Below, in pieces: positions 38,301 to 44,124 of a DNA stretch of 64,000 bases. The DNA lies in assembly GCA_964548125.1 (NCBI GenBank), contig CAZJQN010000001.1, forward strand, positions 34,303 through 98,302, read 5' to 3'. A program made the position numbers and the translations under genes. The notes beneath the pieces are model-generated. The model did not search any database, had not been told where the DNA came from, and was given only the letters and a program-made list of their open reading frames with translations. Source of the stretch: an uncultured Bacteroidales bacterium. Its GTDB lineage: Bacteria; Bacteroidota; Bacteroidia; Bacteroidales; JAAYUG01. Numbering within the stretch: position 1 is the stretch's first letter; each line of letters starts with the position of its first letter.

Positions 38301-39835
38301 ATCAGGATTCACTCAGTTTTATTTCTCCCAAAGCTACATACGACTATAGTGTCAACGTGTTGAATGCCACTGGAGTTCGTTTTGTACGGGTGGCTGATGC
38401 ACTTGTTTATCCTGCGCATGAATTGCTTTCTGTGGCCGAAAAAGCCGATATGCTTCCTGTCGATAGTTCTGTGATCATAGCTGATGCAAAAAATAAATTT
38501 CACAGGATTCATACAGCGACGGTTAAAATAGCCGGACGAAACAAATATTCCGGAAACGGTTGGTACGACTATATAGACGAAAATAAATCCGTTCAGAGGA
38601 TTCACCTGACTGAAATTTCTGTTGATGACTCCATTCAAACAGTAGCCCGTGGAGAGATTGCAGAGACAGATCATTTTACATTAAGTCCTGACTACGCTTA
38701 CCAGGGTAGGGTTATGATGAATGCCCGCGACAAGCTTCTCAATTTCAAGGGAGCAGTTTTGCTCAATTATTCCTGTGAACCCTTATCCCGAAGCTGGCTT
38801 GCTTTTGAAACACGGATAAATCCAGACAGTATTCTGATTCCTGTATCAACCCAACCATTGGACGTGAACAGAAACAATCTGTATGCTGGTATGTTGATGA
38901 ACAACGACTCGATTCATGTGTATTCGGCATTTTTCCAGCCCAGAAAGAACTATAAAGACAGTTATATATCAACTGCCGAAGGATATCTTTACTTTTTCAA
39001 GGACTCTTCTACCTATCTGTTAGGTTCCCTTGCTAAAATGAAAAATCCTGCCTCTCAGGGGAATTTGATAGCACTGAATCGTAATACATGCCGTTTTCAT
39101 GGAGAAGGGAAGATGAACCTGAACATTGACCTGGGCCAGTTTCAACTTCAGGCTGCCGGCAATGGTTTTCATAACCTTGCGGCCAATATGCCATATCTGA
39201 ATCTCACTCTGATTGTTGATTTTCCTTTTATGGATAAGGCTTTACAACTTGCTGCAGCCGATTTTGACAGTCTTCCCGGAAAAGGAAATATCAGCCTTGG
39301 TGATCCGGCAATACGAAAAAATATCACGGAATTAATAGGAGAGGAGAAAACCAAAAAGCTCTACGATGAGATTGCACTCTATGGCCAGGTCCGTACCTTG
39401 CCGGTGGAACTGGCAAAAACCTTGGTGCTGGGCGATGTTCATTTGCTGTGGAACAACAGTACTAATTCTTACCAGAGTTACGGACTTATCGGTATACGTA
39501 ATATCAACGGCCGCGAAATCAACAAATATGTAGAAGGATATATCGAACTTTACCGAAAAAGAACCGGTGACATTTGCGATATCTTTCTGAAAGCTGATGA
39601 TAATACCTGGTACTATTTCGGGTACACAAGAGAGGTTATGCAGGCCATTTCCTCGAACCGAGATTTCAATAACATGCTTCGTGTGCTTAAACCAGAGCAA
39701 CGCCAGGTGAAACCGCCGAAAAAAGGAATGCCTGGTTATATTTATATGGTAGCAAGCGATACCAAGATCAATCAGTTTTTGCGCCATTATGAGGATGTAC
39801 TCGAAGAGAGAAGGGCCAGTAACCCATCAGAATAA
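35321..39835 (+). CDS. Very large secreted hypothetical protein (~1504 aa)
   Basis: The track ORF starts at 35276, overlapping prmA. ATG 35321 gives the signal peptide MQKSRMLLVFSGLLLSAMVLGQ. The frame is continuous for 4.5 kb. I found no recognisable domain or motif. Confidence 0.8.
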   Translation: MQKSRMLLVFSGLLLSAMVLGQKLKEFSPAPEKFPDELQAYFKGSLSDDQKNFVDQFLTIWTTDTLFEENQKLTVIGHLNGMLRQNARNSHLIKYLQMIQMFRTDRSRQVYFEGWKSQLELLLAEKKLLASRLTYFLENTDGLIKRGELFSSTALVWRADSTFLDFVPGSFHVKLGTTRLVCLSVRDSIVIENTHGIYNPVEQKWYGDGGLVTWERAGYARDSVYAELETYTLDLTKSGYKTDSAKLIHKQFFHSPLSGVLTDQVKKNTSPEMATYPVFDSYEKTFVIRSIFPGFDFSGGLSMRGARLVGSGNNVQEATLKVFRNDTLFMVVRSNYIAFRKEQIISRNAAVLVIINRDSLYHGNMNFSYLNSTREISVTRSDDIGSQSPWYNSYHQLDMLFDQMYFKLGSKEILFTMNRGASIGNASFQSVNFFNGRQYEDLQGVDPIHPLVAVRNFVRYFQSPEFPINDLASYLRLSTDQTQKMLFRLASMGFLFYNPEDGMVKVKPKLNNFIQASIGRIDYDVIDLRSRTEAPMENARLNLQTFDLTINGIPSIALSDSQNVFILPSQGSIIMKKNRSFQFSGRIDAGLFTFYGSNFFFDYEQFKINLQKVDSLSIRVQTDEQDNFGFAKLAGVKNIIQNLTGDLLIDDPSNKSGVKGLKQYPVFQSRENSYVYFDNPNIQKGVYTREKFYFQVYPFVIDSLDRFSKNDMQFRGKFVSAGIFPEMEQTLVLQPDYSLGFDIIAPAEGLPIYLGKGRFYRQANLSNKGLIGNGSFEYLTSTVESEALFFYPDSLNTKAKKFAIRKQPEGGSFPETMGTDLAVHWEPYHDQLSVYQGKTPFTMYNQQATLAGNLKLTPSGLSGNGTVDLTSAVLASNQYNFKSDRFLADTAAFSLRSVKPSVYTLLAQNLRTEIDFAKRQGTFSSNSDNTLASFPENQYISYIDQMVWHMDQQKIDLLSVKPFDIKQVPETYKDVIDSVDFTLTGARYISVRKDQDSLSFISPKATYDYSVNVLNATGVRFVRVADALVYPAHELLSVAEKADMLPVDSSVIIADAKNKFHRIHTATVKIAGRNKYSGNGWYDYIDENKSVQRIHLTEISVDDSIQTVARGEIAETDHFTLSPDYAYQGRVMMNARDKLLNFKGAVLLNYSCEPLSRSWLAFETRINPDSILIPVSTQPLDVNRNNLYAGMLMNNDSIHVYSAFFQPRKNYKDSYISTAEGYLYFFKDSSTYLLGSLAKMKNPASQGNLIALNRNTCRFHGEGKMNLNIDLGQFQLQAAGNGFHNLAANMPYLNLTLIVDFPFMDKALQLAAADFDSLPGKGNISLGDPAIRKNITELIGEEKTKKLYDEIALYGQVRTLPVELAKTLVLGDVHLLWNNSTNSYQSYGLIGIRNINGREINKYVEGYIELYRKRTGDICDIFLKADDNTWYYFGYTREVMQAISSNRDFNNMLRVLKPEQRQVKPPKKGMPGYIYMVASDTKINQFLRHYEDVLEERRASNPSE

Positions 39836-40360
39836 TTCGCTCTGCTTTTTTTCCCGATCAGAATTCCCTGTTCTCGGAAGTTCGAATACTTCAACATCCG
39901 AAATGCCGGAATCATCAAGTACAAGCCTGATGGCTGTGATGAAGCGATGCATACCATAAATCCCGGCTGCTCCGGGGTTAATGTGCAAATGGTCGTATTG
40001 TTTGTCGAACTGTATTTTCAGGATATGGGAATGTCCGCATACAACAATACCCGGACGATACAGCCCGATTCTTTCCTTCATTTCATGCGTATATCGGCCA
40101 GGATAACCTCCGATGTGCTGCATCAATACAGTGAAACCTTCTTCCTGAAAAACGTTGAATTCTTTAAACCGTAGGCGCAGATTATGATCATCGATATTTC
40201 CATACACCGCCCTCAGCGGTTTGAATTTTTCGAGTTCGTCTGCCAGCGTTGCAGATCCGATATCACCGGCATGCCATATTTCCTCCGTTATTTGAAGAAA
40301 ATCTCTGACCCTGGGATGCAGGTGCCCGTGGGTGTCAGAGATTATACCAATTCGCTTCAT
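39827..40360 (-). CDS. YfcE/MJ0936 family metallophosphoesterase
   Basis: The internal ATG 40360 gives MKRIGIISDTHGH. The GDIGS, GNID and VCGHSH metal-ligand motifs are present. Confidence 0.85.
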   Translation of the reverse strand: MKRIGIISDTHGHLHPRVRDFLQITEEIWHAGDIGSATLADELEKFKPLRAVYGNIDDHNLRLRFKEFNVFQEEGFTVLMQHIGGYPGRYTHEMKERIGLYRPGIVVCGHSHILKIQFDKQYDHLHINPGAAGIYGMHRFITAIRLVLDDSGISDVEVFELPRTGNSDREKKQSELF

Positions 40361-40490
40361 AAGGTTTGTTTCCCAAAAATACGATATAGAGATGGAATTG
40401 TAAAAATCAAAAACCATGCTGGTCTTTCTGAGTTTCACAGATTGAATGTACCTTTATGCGTCTGAATAATTGCAACCTTCATTTATTTTT

Positions 40491-41213
40491 ATGCATGTTT
40501 TCTATTATCCTGATCTTACCACCGGTCCGGCAATATTACCTGAACAGGAGGCCCGGCACGGAATAAAAGTGCTTCGTTTGCGACGGGGCGATGTGATTGG
40601 TATTTCCGATGGCTGTGGTACGTTTGCCAAAGCTGAAATATTGGACGATGAAGTTCAGCATTGTGTATTCCGTGTCCTGGAACAGCATACAGAGACAAAT
40701 CCTGACGGTCCTGTACTCCATATTGCCATTTCACCATTGCAGCAGCAGGAACGCTTTGAGTGGTTTCTGGAAAAAGCTACGGAACTGGGGATTACTATCA
40801 TCACTCCGATTTTATGTGAACGAACGGTTCGTTCGAAGGTCAGATATGATCGCATGCAGAAGATCATCGTTTCAGCCTTAAAGCAGTCAGGGAGATCATG
40901 GCTGCCAAGGTTGAACAATCCGGTGGCTTTTATGGAATTTATAAGTCAACCCTTACCTCCGCAGCGGTTTATTGCTCACTGTATGGATGAGGTAAAAGAA
41001 GATATGGTTACCTTAATGGAAGCCGGGAAAGATACCGTCATACTGATAGGGCCGGAGGGTGACTTTACCCCCTCTGAAGTCAGACATGCCACCGAGAATC
41101 ATTTCCTCCCGGTTAGCCTGGGGCCAGCTACCCTGCGCACCGAAACAGCCGGAATTGCTTCTTGCTGTGTGTTTAGATTCGTTCAGCTACCTGCAACAAA
41201 ATCCACTACCTGA
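40491..41213 (+). CDS. rsmE: 16S rRNA (uracil1498-N3)-methyltransferase RsmE
   Basis: MHVFYYPDL, ...HGIKVLRLRRGD... and the C-terminal LIGPEGDFTPSEV...SLGPATLRTETAG SPOUT motif are present. Confidence 0.88.
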   Translation: MHVFYYPDLTTGPAILPEQEARHGIKVLRLRRGDVIGISDGCGTFAKAEILDDEVQHCVFRVLEQHTETNPDGPVLHIAISPLQQQERFEWFLEKATELGITIITPILCERTVRSKVRYDRMQKIIVSALKQSGRSWLPRLNNPVAFMEFISQPLPPQRFIAHCMDEVKEDMVTLMEAGKDTVILIGPEGDFTPSEVRHATENHFLPVSLGPATLRTETAGIASCCVFRFVQLPATKSTT

Positions 41214-41398
41214 CCAAATTTGCTTACAGGACTATGGTATAGCTCAGTATACCGGCATTTCTTGCAGGTAATAGCTGTAAACTTGTTTACCTGCAGGTTG
41301 AATATTCTGGTCCAGAATTTTCCGGTTGTACTTATTTCCCTCAATTCATATAATCTGCCTGAACATTTTGGACATTCATAGGTAACAATTGATTTCAT
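41183..41398 (-). CDS. Small zinc-ribbon protein
   Basis: 71 aa from ATG 41398: MKSIVTYECPKCSG...ITCKKCRYTELY. The two CxxC pairs fit a Zn ribbon. Confidence 0.6.
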   Translation of the reverse strand: MKSIVTYECPKCSGRLYELREISTTGKFWTRIFNLQVNKFTAITCKKCRYTELYHSPVSKFGQVVDFVAGS

Positions 41399-41547
41399 TG
41401 TGGTAATGGTTTGGTTAATATCTTTCGTTCTATCTGTACTGCTTCCCCTGAAACTGGTAAAATGTATCAACACAAAGATGTGGCGCTAAAACCTTTTATG
41501 GATATTGCATTGAGGCGTTTGCTGACAGACTGAAATGGTCTGTTTTA

Positions 41548-41715
41548 TTATTCGTCTTTTTCTTTTGGTTTCCAGCGCCCTGTTTTTTTCAAGGCCTGAT
41601 CAAGAATCCATTCAATCTGCCCGTTGGTGCTTCGGAATTCATCAGCTGCCCACTTCTCAATAGCCGCCAGTTTCCGTGCATCGATGCGCAGCACAAATGC
41701 TTTCTTTTCCGACAT
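41548..41715 (-). CDS. Arc / ribbon-helix-helix family DNA-binding protein (55 aa, below ORF-track cutoff)
   Basis: Manual translation of the minus strand gives MSEKKAFVLRIDARKLAAIEKWAADEFRSTNGQIEWILDQALKKTGRWKPKEKDE-stop. It shows a basic N-terminal beta-strand (KAFVLRI) followed by two helices with the RS.N..IE..L pattern of Arc/MetJ-like proteins. The start is 13 nt after the SPFH stop. Confidence 0.7.
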   Translation of the reverse strand: MSEKKAFVLRIDARKLAAIEKWAADEFRSTNGQIEWILDQALKKTGRWKPKEKDE

Positions 41716-41728
41716 CCCTTTTAAAATA

Positions 41729-42583
41729 TTACTGGTTCAGCGTTCCTGCATTAACTACAGGTCGTGCCGACTCATCTGAACAAAGTACTACCATTAGGTT
41801 GCTTACCATGGCTGCTTTCTTTTCCTCATCCAGATCAACGATTTTTTTCCCGGCCAGCTGATTGAGCGCCATTTCAACCATTCCCACTGCACCTTCCACA
41901 ATTTTGCTCCGGGCTGCCACAACCGCGGTGGCTTGCTGACGTCTAAGCATTGCTCCTGCTATTTCAGACGCATAAGCTATATAATTAATGCGTGCTTCAA
42001 TTACGTGAATGCCGGCAATTTCAAGCCTTTCTGCTATTTCCTTTTCCAGCTGATGGTTCACCACATCTCCTGCGGAACGCAGAGTCACTTCGGCCGATTC
42101 GTCTTCAAAATTATCATACGGGTACGTTCCTGCTAGTTTGCGCAAAGCAGCTTCACTCTGAACAACGACAAAGTTTTCATACTCATCAACCGCAAAGGCA
42201 GCCTTGTACGTGTCTTCCACTTTCCACACCAGCACTAATCCAATCATAATAGGGTTTCCAACCTTATCGTTAACCTTAATTGGTTTGCTGTCAAAGTTCC
42301 GGGCCCGCAAGGATATTTTCTTCTTCACAAAAAAGGGATTAACCCAGAAGAAACCATTTTTTTTAATTGTTCCCCTGTAGTCGCCGAAAAGAACAAGAAC
42401 CCTTGATTCATTCGGGTTAACAACAACGAGCCCAGGTAAGATGAGAAAAAAAAGAAGCATAGTCGCCAAAAAGGGCCAGATCATCTCCTGAACCGCGGAG
42501 TATATTATCCCTGCCAGAAGCAGAGCAAGCACCAGTAATGCCAGGTATCCTGACCATGGCTGAAAGGATTTTTCTGTATTCAT
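41729..42583 (-). CDS. SPFH/Band 7 (stomatin-prohibitin-flotillin-HflK/C) domain membrane protein
   Basis: 284 aa. Two N-terminal TM helices are followed by VVVNPNESRVLVLFGDYRGT... and an SPFH-like core with a helical C-terminus. Confidence 0.85.
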   Translation of the reverse strand: MNTEKSFQPWSGYLALLVLALLLAGIIYSAVQEMIWPFLATMLLFFLILPGLVVVNPNESRVLVLFGDYRGTIKKNGFFWVNPFFVKKKISLRARNFDSKPIKVNDKVGNPIMIGLVLVWKVEDTYKAAFAVDEYENFVVVQSEAALRKLAGTYPYDNFEDESAEVTLRSAGDVVNHQLEKEIAERLEIAGIHVIEARINYIAYASEIAGAMLRRQQATAVVAARSKIVEGAVGMVEMALNQLAGKKIVDLDEEKKAAMVSNLMVVLCSDESARPVVNAGTLNQ

Positions 42584-42884
42584 AAGTCTGATATTAAAAT
42601 GATATCAAATATATATCATAATTTGAAATAAAATTATGTTATAAAACACATATTGCCGATCTGAGGATATTTATAAAAAAAATCACAGGCTGTCAAGCTA
42701 TAATGATTGGCAACACATTTTATGATTTCAGCTTGGCAATCAAAGGAGGTTCCCGAGTCTATTTCTAAATTTCCTGGATAAAAGTCTTAAGACGATTCAA
42801 CCCGTCTGATGCAAGAATCACAACAAAATAACAATTCATGCCATGACGGGTTATCTGGCACTAGCTCCTTTCAGTGGTTCAGAA

Positions 42885-43079
42885 CTATCTGTTCAGAAGA
42901 AGAGCTTTACGGAGCAGGTCTTCCACAACGGCTTGCCGTACATCAAATTCCGGAAGGACCTCATGGAGAAAAGCCGGATTCAATGCATTCAAAGCGATCT
43001 CGTCGGCATCCTCTGCTTTCATTTCTCCATCCTCTCCGTAAATATCTACCTTAATGATAAGAGTAGAGCATTGTTTCAT
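42885..43079 (-). CDS. Small acidic hypothetical protein
   Basis: 64 aa: MKQCSTLIIKVDIYGEDGEMKAEDADEIALNALNPAFLHEVLPEFDVRQAVVEDLLRK... It looks more protein-like than the two overlapping plus-strand ORFs. It is on the same strand as the flanking genes. Confidence 0.4.
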   Translation of the reverse strand: MKQCSTLIIKVDIYGEDGEMKAEDADEIALNALNPAFLHEVLPEFDVRQAVVEDLLRKALLLNR

Positions 43080-43360
43080 CGGCAGAATGTTTTAGTACTA
43101 TAGCTAACGATAAAAGGGTCAGAATAGTATTCTGATACGACTAAAAAAATATTTATAATGAACAACTTTATGGAATCAGTCCAACAGTTCATTTTTACTG
43201 CATACTTCAGGTCGGAGTCATTGAATAACCTGAGATAGTATAGGAAGAATGTTTCTCAAAACTACTACCAAAAAAGAACTGAATCTTCGGTTCCAGAAGA
43301 ATGCGGAACGTCAAAGAAAGAGCAATTCTGTAATGCACTTACGTACTTTTCTTTCTTTCT

Positions 43361-43951
43361 TTACATCGTAAGTATGAGATTTTTCTCGTTGATCAGTTTG
43401 CGCAGGTTAATCAGAGCGTATCGCATGCGTCCGAGAGCGGTGTTAATACTTACATTGGTAACTTCAGCTATTTCTTTAAAACTCATTCCTGCATAATGAC
43501 GCAACAAAACTACCTGTTTCTGATCTTCGGGCAGGTAATCGATCAGAGAGCGTACATCATTATGGATCTGGTCTCGGATAATGATTTCTTCGGTGGTTAC
43601 ATCCGAAAATTTTCTGGAATTGAATAACTGGCCCTCAAAGTCATCATTTGATACCGTGTTGAGTTGTCTTGACTTCCGGTAATAATCAATGATCAGGTTA
43701 TGGGCAATACGAATAACCCATGACAAAAACTTGCCGTGATCCTGGTAACGGGCTGTTTTTATGGAAGTTATAACTTTGATGAAAGTTTCCTGAAAAAGAT
43801 CTTCAGCAAGAGCCTGATTGCGCACCTGCATGAAAATGTAAGAATATACTTTTTTGCGGTGTCGGTTGATAAGAACTTCAAGTGCTGCCATATTTCCTGA
43901 TCCGAACAGCTCAACCAGCTGTTGGTCAGTTGCATTGGTTATTGTTTTCAC
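43361..43951 (-). CDS. RNA polymerase sigma-70 family (ECF-type) sigma factor
   Basis: 196 aa. The region 2 pattern is AEDLFQETFIKV...FLSWVIRIAHNLIIDYYRK. Region 4 is LPEDQKQVVLLRHYAGMSFKEIAEVTNVSINTALGRMRYA. Confidence 0.9.
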   Translation of the reverse strand: MKTITNATDQQLVELFGSGNMAALEVLINRHRKKVYSYIFMQVRNQALAEDLFQETFIKVITSIKTARYQDHGKFLSWVIRIAHNLIIDYYRKSRQLNTVSNDDFEGQLFNSRKFSDVTTEEIIIRDQIHNDVRSLIDYLPEDQKQVVLLRHYAGMSFKEIAEVTNVSINTALGRMRYALINLRKLINEKNLILTM

Positions 43952-44124
43952 AATTACCTCCCGTTTTTTGGTCCGGGTAACATTCAGTCAATAGGCAGCC
44001 CTCCTTGTTGTTTTTAGTTATACGATTATGACCTTGCTAAGTTACTTATTCTTTTAAATAGTATACTTTTGCTGATCTTAATTTTTGTTAAAGGTAAGAA
44101 TTTTTGAATAAAGATGCAAAAATA

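Noticed and set aside
42809-43103. Two overlapping plus-strand ORFs (81 and 86 aa) opposite the 64-aa acidic ORF
   Set aside because: They overlap each other in different frames and run against the orientation of all flanking genes. Their translations are less protein-like than the minus-strand ORF. None of the three is strongly supported.
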